Of a DNA stretch of 64,000 nt, positions 38,385-50,548 are shown in pieces; the stretch's first letter is position 1, and the number at the start of each line of letters is the position of its first letter. A program made the position numbers and the translations under genes. The notes beneath the pieces were generated by a model. That model searched no databases. It saw only the letters and a program-made list of their open reading frames with translations, and was not told the DNA's origin. This DNA comes from Leucoraja ocellata (lineage: Eukaryota). The DNA is taken from positions 9,920,001 to 9,984,000 of the forward strand of contig JAWMAR010000026.1 in assembly GCA_036785375.1 (NCBI GenBank), read 5' to 3'.

Positions 38385-39190
38385 TGGATAGAGTGGTGAA
38401 GAAGGCCAATTGCATGCTTGCCTTCACAGGTCGGGGCATAGAATATAAGAGTTGACACATTATGTAACAACTGCACAAAACACTAGTTGAGCTGCACTTA
38501 TAGAGTACTGTGTGCAGTTTTGGTCACCATACAATAAAAAAGATGTGGTTGCACTGTGCAGAGAATGTCGCTTGGATCAGAGGACGTTAGTTATGGGGAG
38601 AAACAGGATAGGCTGGGCTTGTGTTCCCTGGAGTGAATGAGGCTGAGGGGTACCTTACAGCAGTGTGTATGATTACGACAGGCATGGCCAGGGTAGATAG
38701 TCAAAATCTTTTGTCTGTGAATGGGGTATCAAAACCAGAAAAGCATGGATTTAAGTTGAAAGGAACTGAGGGCAAAGTATTTTACACAGAGGTAGACAAA
38801 AATGCTGGAGAAACTCAGCGGGTGAGGCAGCATCTATGGAGCGAAGGAAATAGGCAACGTTTCGGGTCGAAACCCTTCTTCTGAAGAATGCTGCCTCACC
38901 CGCTGAGTTTCTCCAGCATTTTTGTCTACCTTCGATTTTCCAGCATCTGCAGTTCCTTCTTAAATATTTTACACAGAGAGTGGTTGATATCTAGAACTGG
39001 CTGGCAGAGGAGGTGGTGGAATTAAATACAATTCCTATGTTTAAGAGGCAAGTAGAAAGACTCTTAAATAACCAAAGCATAGGAGGATATGGACCTAAAG
39101 CTGGCAAATGGGGTTAGTGTAGATGGGTATCAAGGTCAACATGATGTGGTGGGCTGATGGGACCCTTTCTGTGCTGTACGACTATGACTA
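38385..39190 (+). mobile_element. CR1-like LINE 3' fragment carrying a nested palindromic insertion
   Basis: EYCVQFWSP-like motif and CR1 tail. Confidence 0.8.
38792..38964. mobile_element. Palindromic Penelope-like insertion with perfect 14-bp TSD
   Basis: TSD tattttacacagag at 38778-38791 and 38965-38978. About 42-bp perfect inverted arms gtagacaaaaatgctgg.../...ccagcatttttgtctac. Confidence 0.8.
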
Positions 39191-40766
39191 AGAAATCACC
39201 CTGTGGCATTTCTTGCTACGTTAAGGGGAATGTAGAAATATAAGTAATTTTTGGTCGAAGTTGATGGTAATGTGCCTGGAGCAAGCAGCGGGGATGGGGT
39301 TACAATTTCAGGTGAGGAACTGAATCTTTCATGCAGGAAGTGGCTTGCACAGTGATAAATCCTACTGGTTGAACTGACTTGTTCTCCTATGCACTAATAA
39401 ACCTGTGTCAACAATCGACAAGGCAGGTTTTCAAGAGGAGAATATGCACAATTCCTAAAAGATAAAAATAACAGCACATGGTGATAAAAGGGAGATTACA
39501 CAGGAACAGAACAATTCTTCTGAGAAATGTTGTCAGGTGTCTGGGTTAATACAGCACCAAACAACTTCATTACATTTTCACTGACTCCTGTTCTCCATCA
39601 ACACTCCCCAGTGTGTAAGTATAGTTGTGCAACAAATCCCTATCTTTGTTCTGGGATCGATTCACGGGAGACGGCACAGTTTCATTGATCAGTTCTATAC
39701 TAAAGGTGGCCAATGATAGGTGTAGCCCGCAGCTATCATGCCGAATCCTTACCCAAAATGAAATGAAAGTCTGTTACAAATAAAGATACGAGGCAGGGCC
39801 AACACTGACTTACAATTTGAGGTGCATTGAACCGATCTGACCAGCACAGGTGCCTTTTCAAATGAAAACTACTAAGTTAGTACTCTTACATAAAAAATGT
39901 CACGTTAGCCACCAAGCATCCAAATCCATCAAAGAAAAGACCAACATCCATTTGCACCATTTGTCACAGGTGCAAAGGTTGGCTTTTATTTGCCATAAAG
40001 CTTGGCTCTTGGATTGGAAAGTTGGATGGGGACAAATCCATTGCATAAGTTTAGACAAGAATGCAGGGACTTGGTAAGTGTTCCCCACAAGACAGAGAAC
40101 TTCAAGTTTAAATTTGGTTAGGATAGGGAGCAATTCAATAGTCATTCACAAATGATCTTGAAGCAGCCCCTACAATGTGAAGAAATGCGAGAAGGATGCG
40201 ATGCACCAAAAATACTTCCACCCGGCACCCCTTCCTCTGAACCAGCAGAACGCTTCTCCCCTTGTAACCTTGGCTCCCTCCCTGCTCTCATTTTTGTTAC
40301 TGTGGCAGAGCAAGGCGGTGGGTCTGGGGCACACATTGAGGACTGACGTACATAGAGGATGATTGCGAATCACCACAGTGTTTGAAGCTACACACACAGA
40401 GCACGTATAGAACATTTTTGTTTTGCACCAAATACCGCAAAAGCTGAAAAAGAAAGTCACACAGTGAGTCAGTTAAATGGCCAATAGAATATCTGTAAAG
40501 AACAAAATGTTAAATTCCTCTTTTAACGACCATTTAAAACCTGCCACGTCTTAAATTAAAATATTCTGTTCCACCACACCAGTAGGATGTTCTTGCTTGG
40601 TTTAAGGAAGTTCATGGCACTGTATTGGAAACCAGCCTTGTGAAGTCAAGTGTCTTTTAGTCCAATCTTCTGGTCGTATCTCACAGAGTCCATCTAATGA
40701 TGCACTTGGCCTGCTTTGGCCTTCCTTCCTGTCAGTACGAGTCAGTTCTGAGCGCTGGTTTTGTTG

Positions 40767-41515
40767 TCACAAGATCCTTGGTGCAGACCTGTCATTGGTG
40801 ACGGTCCTCCTGAGCTTAACTCCTCGGCGGATGGCAGTGAGCATGTCTTCGGGAGACTCGCTGGGAGACAGTGGGGGTGGGGGGAGGCCCAGGTCTTCGT
40901 CGGAAGCGGTGAGCACCGAGGGAAATGGGAACTGTCCTTCACCCAGGGCCTGGGCACTGGCGACCAGCTCGCCAATCTTCTCCACCAGGCTGTGGCGGTT
41001 GGCAGCCAGTTGTTGCTGCTCCTCGCTCGACAGGTGGCCGCCCGGGTAGACGGAGATCTCCACCGTCCCCCCGCCCCCCCAGGCCGTGTTGGGCAGGCTC
41101 AGCCTCTTGGGCGAGGCCTTGGCAAGATCCAAGGCATTTGGCGAGGTATCATCGCTGAAGAAGACGCTCTCCTCACTGCCCACCCGCACTGGGACCTGGC
41201 CGTCTGGCACGGTGGGCGTCTTCACTGGCACGATGGGGGGGCGGATAGGGATGGGGCCCGCGCTGGACAGGGCTCGACGCACTGAGGGCTTGGTGGATGG
41301 AGTGCGCCTGATGGTGGCCACTCCCGGGGTGACCGAGGCGCTCTGCGCAGACCCCGTGGGCAGTCCAGCTGTCGAGGCGGGGCGCTTGGTCTGGAACATT
41401 CTCCGGTAGCTCTGTGTGATATCACTGTTCCTTGGGATGGTCGACGATCTGTCAAACTCACTTTGGTGATCACCCTCCGCATCGCCATTGACAGAGTAGC
41501 AATCGTAATCTGAAA
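40767..41515 (-). CDS. MTSS2: MTSS2 terminal coding exon (Pro-rich region and WH2 domain, stop)
   Basis: SDYDCYSVNGD...QQQLAANRHSLVEKIGELVA...EDMLTAIRRGVKLRRTVTNDRSAPRIL* is the MTSS2-type C-terminus. cccag acceptor, 749 nt, phase 1. Confidence 0.97.
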
Positions 41516-43173
41516 CTGGGCGTAAAAAGGCACGATTAATGCTTATTAATGCCAATGGCATCAGAGAAAATATTCAATGCAGAAGCTTTCTTTGGAATGC
41601 AATGGATAAAACAGAGACCAGAGATACAGATTCCTAGGTTGGTCACTTATTGTAAATGGAATACACGCTGGGCAAGGCTATGCTCATCAAATGCATCAAT
41701 GAAACATTTGGATAGCTCCCTAACATTGCCATGGAGGTCTCGCATCCAAGACACTCTATACAAATATAGCTCTGGAGAGATACTGTATGAAAACAGGCCC
41801 TTAGGCCCAATGTGTCTGTGACGACCATCAGCCACTCATCTACCCTAATACTACACTGATTGCATTGTTTTTATTCTCCCCACATTCCCGTCAACTCTCT
41901 CCAGATTCTACTCCTCATCTACACATAAAGGGCAATTTACAGTAGCCAATTAACTAAACTAAACTAAACTAAACTACCAGTCTGCATGGTCTTGGAATGT
42001 GGGAGGAAACCTTGTGAGTTTGAAGTCACACGTGCAAACTCTATATTGACAGCACCAGAGGATCAAACTCAAGTTGTTGGTGCTGTGAGGCAGTAGCTAT
42101 TACCTGTGCTGAGTGCCGCACCATAAACAGCCAGATCAACAACTCCGCACTATGAGCACAGACCAGAGCAAAAACAACTTAATGGGTAAGATGTATTTGC
42201 CAAGCCAATTTCCTGACACTGAAATGAAAGTGGCAACACAGGGTGGATAGGATGATAAAGGCAACCCAGTGTGTGGTTCCAATTCTCTTGACATTTTATT
42301 TACCTGATGAGTGTAGGCTGAGAGGCCCTTGTATGCATATCTTATGTAAGCTGAAGTAACCACTAATATATACAGTAACACCACCAGGAACCACTGTGAT
42401 AATTAGAGCCGCCAGCACCCTTTGCTTAGTTTTGACTGCTGGAACCATTAAAACACTATATCATTGCACCTTCTGAAATCAATTGTTTTATTCAAGGAAA
42501 TTCCCTGATCCTCTTCCTCCTGCTTCACAGTTAAAGGTTCAATCCCACCAGCTTGCAATTTATGGAAATTTATCTCAAATCCCACAAGAAGATTTTGTTT
42601 TGAAAGTTTTTGCCATTTTCTCACACTGCACTGGGAACAGTCTACCACACAATCAAAAATGAAACAACAAAATATTGTGGTCACTTACATGACACACACT
42701 ATTAATGCATGCATCCCTGCAGCAACACATTAGTTTGCTCACTAAAGCAACATGTGCTCAACAAAGCAATGCACTGATGCGCAAGAGATAATTTCTATTG
42801 AGCATATTAATGCCGTCAGTTTATTAGCACATTTGTAAATTGACTTGAACAATCGTGAATCTGTTAACATAAATGTGCTGATAAATTACAATATTCCTTG
42901 GCATAGTCATTAAAGTCATTGAGCATTGGGAAAGTTATTAAGCCCACAATGTAATTTGTAATATAGAGGAGATACTCCAATTCATATTTGGCAAGCTCCA
43001 ATTTATCTCCCATAGGCAATAGCAGAAAACGGTAATTTGTCTGAGTCATATCACATGGAAAGTGAGCAATTAGGTCTCTGTATATATGGTCTGGAATTGA
43101 TGCGTAGCGTGATACTTGTGCAGAAGGTAAACACCTGGAAAGGGAGCACAGAGAGATCTCCTGACGGAAGTAC

Positions 43174-43339
43174 CTTGGGAAGGAATAGTGTCTTCGGAGC
43201 AGGAGGGTGTGGTGGTTTGGGTACTGTAACCACTGGAGTACTGCAGAGAGTCACGGCTGCTCTTCTGGTGTTCTAAGCTCAGGCCCCGGGTCAGCACCAT
43301 AGCCAGGTCACTGGCTGCTGTGGATATCTCCTCCCCATG
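43174..43339 (-). CDS. MTSS2: MTSS2 exon (HGEEISTAASDLAMVLTRGLSLEHQKSSRDSLQYSSGYSTQTTTPSCSEDTIPSQ+g)
   Basis: ttaacag acceptor, g|gtactt donor, 166 nt. Near-identical to the human MTSS2 segment. Confidence 0.96.
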
Positions 43340-43984
43340 CTGTTAAGGAAATGAGGCACAACAAATAGTTCTTTACTGTTCAATGCGGCAAATTGTACTG
43401 TAATATATGTTACTTTGCACTGTGACACATTGCTCCTTGTAGCATAATATACTGTCCCTTGTACAGTGATAGTACGTTCACACTATATCGTAATATATTT
43501 AAAAATAAATTGGATAGTTATATGGATGGGAAGGGAATGGAGGGTTATGGTCTGAGCGCAGGTATATGGGACTAGGGGAGATTATGTGTTCGGCACGGAC
43601 TAGAAGGGTCGAGATGGCCTGTTTCCGTGCTGTAATTGTTATATGGTTATATTATTATATGGTTAATATAATATACCTTGTTGTGAAATACTGATTATTG
43701 TATTGTGATACACATCCCTTGACAGTAATAAATTTACCTTACAGTTTAATATATTGTACCTTAGACTGTTACATGTACCATATTATTTGTACTCTAGTGA
43801 TATACGATACTCTGGACTATGACATAGTGTGCTTGGTACTGTTACAATTGTATTTTGTACTGTATTGTACTGTACCCTGTATAGTAATGTACCGTTCCCC
43901 ATATACCAATAAACTGTACCTTGCACTGTAATAAACTGCACAGTGTATTGTAATACACCATGCCTTGTATGTAATATACTGTAC

Positions 43985-44161
43985 CTTAGCAGCCAACGAT
44001 GCTGCTGTTACACGGGACCTCTGCCCATCCTCGATGCTGATCCCCGGATAGACCATTGTTGCCGAGACGGCCTCTACTTCGCGGTAGCGTTCAGCTGCCT
44101 CCTTGCGTCTCTGTAAAGTGTTCACTACCGGCTGGTCATAGGGACCAGGCTTCGACCAGTC
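43985..44161 (-). CDS. MTSS2: MTSS2 exon (DWSKPGPYDQPVVNTLQRRKE...SRVTAASLAAK)
   Basis: tttgtag acceptor, aag|gtacag donor, 177 nt, phase 0/0. DWxKPG/TLQRRK is an MTSS family motif. Confidence 0.95.
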
Positions 44162-45274
44162 CTACAAAGTTGAGGCAAGCAGGCGGTGAATAGAAACATT
44201 AGTGTGGGGGCTGGGAGTTCAAAGCCCACAGAGAGGAGGGGAATTTCATCTGATTGAGATATTACAGCAAGGCAGCCAATTAAATACTAAAGCAATTCTG
44301 GATTTGCTTTAAGGTAGCTTATGAAAATAGCTCCAATTAATAGCACCCAATTTTGCACCCATGTCTGCCACCTGCTCACTCCTTAGTCACTTATCCGCAC
44401 ATTGCCCAGTAAACTGCTTTCTGTAACTAAAACCAGTTCAATCCACAAACAGACATCTCTCATTTAGTCCTGTTGCACAAGGCAGCCCTTTTCCTCCTGC
44501 TCTATACCAACTGCTGGCACTCTTAATCTGATCTACTGCCTGGGCCTTAGGACACCTCCCGAACCTTTAGTCACTTCATCCACAAGCCTGGACAATGTGG
44601 AGTGAGAGTGGCTGAACAAGTGCTGGTCATTGTTTCCTTATCAACGGGAACTGGGACTAGATCATCCAAATTAATTTCATGCAGTGCACAAAATGAATGG
44701 AAAATCCAGCAGCATGTATAATAAGTAGCCAATAAACTACTGCATTGTTTGTGCCCAAAGCAGATATTCTCCAAAAGAAAATCTAATTTATTCTATCCCT
44801 GCATCACTGAAAATGTTCTTCTTTGATCGATGATCATTCATCTTATTGCATAATCTTCTGTTTTAAGTAAGTGCAATGTCACTTTTTTCTATTCACAGCT
44901 TCTTCCATTCTTTTATCTTAAGCTGTTTCTTCTTCCCCCGTGCGGTCCACCGCATTTTAAGTTATTTCTTCCTCCCCCCCCCCCCAGCGGTCCTCACCAC
45001 ACCTCTCCCTAAGGAGTTCTTGCCTCTGATTTTTCACCACCATAGATCATGATCGAATGGGCAACATTCCAACCTCCAGATTTCAGGCTGCTTTGGAATT
45101 ACAGTGGAACAATTAAACAAAAGCAGTCGCAGGAAAGGTGTTAATGTGTAGTTGATTCTGAGATTATGCATCCATGTGATTGGGAATCAACAGCACATCC
45201 ATGAAGAGAATGTAATGAGAGATGAGGCAAAATTAAATGCAAGTTAAAACAAAACTAAAAGTGAAGAAACAAAC

Positions 45275-45466
45275 CTTCCAGCTAGGAATCGTTGATGAGC
45301 GTGCAGTGCCACCTCCAAGTGAGTGGTTAGAGGGTGGGTTATCAGGGAAAACAGCAGGGAAACGCCTAGTGTAGGCCCCTGTGTCAGGGATAGTGGGGGT
45401 AGAGCCAAACAACACGGGTGAAGTGCACTCACTAGGCAGATGGTAATACACATAACCAGGCATGAA
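45275..45466 (-). CDS. MTSS2: MTSS2 alternative cassette exon (FMPGYVYYHL...SSTIPSWK), MTSS1-like
   Basis: catctgcag acceptor, aag|gtttgt donor, 192 nt open, phase 0/0. Ends IPSWK like the MTSS1 exon that precedes DWAKPG. Confidence 0.8.
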
Positions 45467-47429
45467 CTGCAGATGGAAGAACATGATGTCAGCATGGGCA
45501 ATAAGTGGACAGCCATCAGACGGTTTTCAAGAGAATGGTTCGGGAAAACACAACTTAACCATATATTTTCCAAAGGAACGCACAAGTTGCATGGCCAATA
45601 GTTCAGTTTGCACTGCTCAAAATCCAAAAATTGAATACCGAGGGATTCATAGATACAACCTGGTAATTAGCTAACCGTGGTAATAGATTTCTCCCCAAAA
45701 AAATGTATGCATAAGTTTCCGATTGGAGTTGGACTGAAGGAGTGTGGCTAATTGATCCAACTGCAGAAAAATGGTTGCCAATATTGAATCCACTGAAACC
45801 ACAAACATTATTATTATTATTAGACAAGGGTTGCAAAATGAAGATGATTCCCTTGCTACAAACGCAACATCTCCAGTGAGGTTGTCCGTGCCGAGAAGCA
45901 ACTTCCCTGTGTTAATGGGCAACAGGTCCCATCGCATTGATGTACCAAAGTTTCAAAATCTTAAAGCAATGTGCAGTCTTCTTCAATCAGGGCAGGCAAG
46001 CGAAAGCTACCACAAGCAGCTAATCAACAGATTAAGTGCTTGCTTGACAAGTTGTGTTTTTGAACAAATTCCCTTGAAACACAGGGTCTCCAAAACCAGA
46101 GAAACACTTTCCCAGCCCCCCAACAATTCTCTCTCCAACTCCGTAAGTGATTACCCTTTAACCTCACATCCTCTTGGATGCAGATCAATACTGTAAGTTT
46201 TCAAAGTATTCACCAACCAGTTCTTGAACTCAACATTTTCCTTTTGAATCCTTCTGCAACTCTTTCCTAAACTTGTATAACTCACATCATCTCAATTTTG
46301 TAATAGGTATGCAGGTATTTTAAGTCAACAGGATATATACACACTCAATCCAATTATCATTCCCAAACGTGCAGTAGTACGACATCTCTAATCACGTTTA
46401 TCATGGAAAAGTTAATTTTTTGTACGGAAAGTGTTTTTTTCTGTGCGTCCTCTATTTTTATTGCTTTCCTCTGGGGTTGGCAGTTTGAAATTGCTTTGTA
46501 TATTTTGTGATGTCTGAGAGGCTCAGCCAAATGAAGACACTTTGAGCTTTAAACTTAGGACGCTCCCTTTGGCCCTGTGAATGCTACCTTATAGAATTGT
46601 ATAGATCTTTTACAAAATGAAGGAATGTTAACCTGAATGGTATGGTCTTAACATTTTAGAGGTGATCTAATCAAGGGGGTTTACATGAAAAGTGCTTTGA
46701 CATGGTGCAGAAGGGGGAATTCAAAGTCATGAGAAGGCATGGATAGGGTGGATAGTTGGAAATCTTTCCCTGAGGCAGTTGTGTCGGAACGCAAGTTAAC
46801 TTTGGCATAGAACTGGTCACCTAGGCATCTCCCCATTTGACCCTGTGATCTGTTGTTTGCGGTATGGCATAGCAGCTTTAGAAGGGATCTGAGGAAGAGT
46901 TTTTTTCAACAAGGTGGTTGAATCTAAAATGTAATGAAGAGATGATGGAGGCAGATACTAATATTTAAGAAGTATCTTGATGAGTACTTAAAATGGTAAG
47001 ACTTAGAAGGCTACAGGCCAACTGAGGGTCAATGGCTACTAGATTGTCGAGCCAAAGCTCATATTTCTCTGTAGTATGACTACATATCTTAGCCCTCATT
47101 GAACTGTTCAGTGAAAACCTTAATAGAAATGTCATGGCTCTATTTCTCTGAAATAAGGACTCTGAATAATGATTGTTGGATTGGGAATGCAAATATATCC
47201 TATCGACTTTGCTTAAACAAAGCTGAACAAGATATTGATAGAAATGTAGTTACTTATGGAGTACATCTAAAGAAGCAAACACTTTAAAACTTACAGTATC
47301 ACAAAGAGGGGTGGAAATTGGCCCCAAGCACATGGATTGTTGATTAACCCTAATGTGCTGTACGGCATTTACTTGTTGGTTCCGCAGGCCCGGATGGGAG
47401 AGAATTAGCGATGGGTATGGATGATTCAC

Positions 47430-47549
47430 CTTTTCACCACCTGACCACGCTCCGGCTGTGGAGCTAGAACTAACCGAAGTGGGTGAGCTACACTCGCTGA
47501 CAGACTGACACGTCTCCGATGCCTCAGAGGAAGCCGAGCTCGATGACTT
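47430..47549 (-). CDS. MTSS2: MTSS2 exon (KSSSSASSEASETCQSVSECSSPTS[VSSSSTAGAWSGGEK]) with two possible donors
   Basis: atgcag acceptor. Donors tcg|GTTAGT (exon 47475-47549, 75 nt) and aag|GTGAAT (120 nt), both phase 0. Confidence 0.93.
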
Positions 47550-48534
47550 CTGCATTGGATCCGGCGTCAAAGGAGACGAGGTGGAGCAATGAAAGAGAAA
47601 GAGACAAAAGCTGGTTAGAATTTCATTATTCAGAGACAGCCCGTTTTTCATGCAATCTCATCGGTTGCTCGTGGGTGTTCCCGTTTCCTCGCATTCCCCA
47701 AAGATCCGTGGGAGGGTTAATGAACCCTATTGTAGGCAGATGATGGGAGAGTTGGGGAAGAGTGGAGAGAGCTGATGAACATGTGACAGAGAATAAGCTG
47801 CAGAAGTGAGAGGTTGAGGGAATGGAATTGCACTGCGAGGAGTCATAAACCCCGTGGGCCAAATAGCCTACTTTTATATAATTCTGCAATCTTTAAATCG
47901 TACTGCAAAGAATGAGTCCGGAGGAGCAGGTTTTGATGGCTATTTAGCTGAATGGGTGGAGACAACTTTGGATGAATGCTTCAAAACCACAGAGTTACAA
48001 GTAACTTCAGAGCTGCTAAGCTGGTTCAGCAAACTTTGCCGGTTTTCAGATGTGTGAAACTAAAAAGCAGACATTTAAATAAAACTAATAAACAATTCTA
48101 ACTTCATTCCAATTTTTTATTATACTCAAATATTGCTTTCAAGGACCCAATTGCTTAGAATCTGAGTAATGCTTCAGTTCTGAATTGTGTGTTGATTCCA
48201 TAAATATCTCATTATGGCATCAAGTCAAGTTCTTGGATGTATTGTGTACATTTATAGGTAGTGTCATATAGCATGGAAGCAGGCCCTTCGGCTTAACTTG
48301 CCCACGCCGAATAACATGTCCCATCTACACTACTTCCCATATCCCTTGAAACATGCATCACTTGTTTAGAATGCACTGCGACAATTCACAGATTTTATTC
48401 TGTGATTTGAAAAAAGAACTTGTCGAGTGCAATAGTTCAGTGGTCTGCTGTGTGCTGTGGTTTCTCGAAAGGCCTTTACTTCTTCAGACTGCTGCAAAGT
48501 TTGTGTTCTCTGTCTAACATGTGTTGCCTCTTTA

Positions 48535-49617
48535 AGGGCCTGTGTTGCAGCGGCCCCTACAGCCTGTCTGTCTTTTTTTTTTTTGTCTAGTTAAATGTAG
48601 TTGTTTGTGTTTTTTAATAATGTTTTTAACAGTGTATATGTGGGGGGCGGGGGGGGGAGACTTTTTAAAAGCTCTTCCCTGTATGGGAGACCCGACCTTT
48701 TTCCTGTCGGGTCTCCGTTGTCGTTGGGGCCTAGCACCGTGGAGCGGCCTCCAGCTGGAATGACCTGGAGGCTCCAGTCCCGGGGCCTGCGGAGCTGAGG
48801 ACTTACCATCGTGGGGCTGGCCGGCATCGGAGTGTGGGGAGCGGTGGTGACTCGCTGCTGCAGCCCGACCACGTAGCTCGGAGGCTCCAACTGCAGCTGC
48901 AGGTCCGGTGGACTGGGACATCGGGAGCTCGCGGGTCCGGGTGAGAGACCGCTTTCCGGAGCTCCCGCAACGCGACTTCTCCAGCCCGTGTCGCGGGGTT
49001 GGAACGACCCGGAGCGGGGCCGTACATCGCCTGGCGCGGCTATAATGGCCGTGGGACATTCCAGCGCCCGCCGAGGGCTCCAACTTTGTGACATTTAGAC
49101 CGGGAGCGGGGCCGTACATCGCTCAGCACGGCCTAAAATGGCCGTGGGACTTATCATCGCCCGCCTGGGGCTTTGACATCAGGAGAGAAATGGAGAACAG
49201 GGGAGAGAAAAGACTTTGCCTTCCATCACAGTAGGTTCACTGTGATGGATGTTTCTGTAAATTGAATTGTGTGTATGTCTGTAGGAAATTGTCTTTGTTT
49301 GTATGGCTGTGGAAACGGAGTTTCGTTTGAACCTCACTGAGGTTTAAATGACATGTAATAAATATTGTATTGTATATTGTATTGTTTTGTATTGTACTTG
49401 GCGATTTTTTTCAGCGACTGTCGGCATCATTGACTGGCGTATCAGGGTCGGTGAAAGATTTTGAACATTTCAAAATCCAGGGGCAACAAAAAAAAAAAAT
49501 GTTGCGACACTTGAAACATCGTGTATCAATACGTCACCATGCCACGTCACCGCCACGACTTTTTCGGTAACCTGATACGTCAGTCTGCGAAAAAAATCGC
49601 CAAGTGGGACAGGCCCT
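48535..49617. mobile_element. PIF/Harbinger-type MITE with TTA TSD; left TIR split by an insertion
   Basis: tta|agggcctgt ... acttggcgatttttttc mirrors gaaaaaaatcgccaagtgggacaggccct|tta. Confidence 0.8.
48544..49395 (+). mobile_element. GC/CpG-rich non-autonomous retroposon with (TATTG)n tail
   Basis: Internal direct repeat gagcggggccgtacatcgc. Ends aataaatattgtattgt. Related to 18950-19822. Confidence 0.7.
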
Positions 49618-50337
49618 TTAGGATGTTTGTGCTGACAATGTTCTCAGTCTATTGTGCATTGTGGATTTAGAATGCTTGCACTGAGAACTGTGACTAACAA
49701 CATCAAGTCTGTTTTGTATAAGCTATAAGTATAGAATCACATCAGAATTAATAGAGAGATAGAGCTGGAAAATAGGTCCTTCACTGAATCTGTACCATCT
49801 CCCATTTTCCCTAAACATACATTGATCCCATGTCTTATTCTCCACACCGTCTCATGAACTTCCCCAGATTCTACCACTCTCTAATTTAATATACCACCGG
49901 AATAATTTACTGTGGCCAATTACAGCAGCCAATTAACCTACAAACATGCAACTCTTTGCAATATGGAAGGAAACTGGATCACCCAGAGAAAACCCATGAG
50001 GTCACAGGGAGAATGTGTAAACTCTGTACAGAGAGCACATGTAGTCAGGATCAAACCTGTGTCTCTGGCACTGTAAGGCAGCAACTCTGCCGCTGCACCA
50101 CTGTGACGCCCAACAAATGGGTTGGTGTGGATTTAATGGATCAAAGGACTTGCTTCTGTGCTGTGTGGCTCCATGATCAATTGTGCTTTTACTGAATGGA
50201 GGAGCCTGTGCGAGGAACCTATTCTTGCTCCTGGGTGTAGGCTCATATCCTTCATTTCATCTACAGGTCCCCACTTGTCCATCTATTGCTAAACGGTGCA
50301 GTAACATTGGTCGGTGTCAAAGCTAAAAAGCGCTTAC

Positions 50338-50548
50338 CTGACTGGTTATATCCGACGGCATGGGTGAGGGAGGCTTGGAGTACATGGCGTCCTGGGATAT
50401 GAAGCCGGAATCGTGTGACGAGACGCTGGACAGCCGGTTGCTGGAACTGGCAGGCTGGGCCAAACTACGGTAGCGATAGTTTGAGCTTGGCGAATGTGTC
50501 TGGGAACCACTGGAGCGGGAAGTGCTACTGTTTGTGCTATTTACGCTG
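50338..50548 (-). CDS. MTSS2: MTSS2 exon (..SVNSTNSSTSRSSGSQTHSPSSNYRYRSLAQPASSSNRLSSVSSHDSGFISQDAMYSKPPSPMPSDITSQ)
   Basis: Tandem CAGCAG acceptor, cag|gtaagc donor, 211 nt, phase 2/0. RLSSVSSHDSGF motif. Missed by the ORF track. Confidence 0.95.

Noticed and set aside
40761-41409. Plus-strand ORFs up to 174 aa
   Set aside because: Antisense shadows of the MTSS2 terminal exon.
48532-49119. 195-aa and 167-aa ORFs
   Set aside because: Stop-poor GC-rich repeat nested in a MITE.
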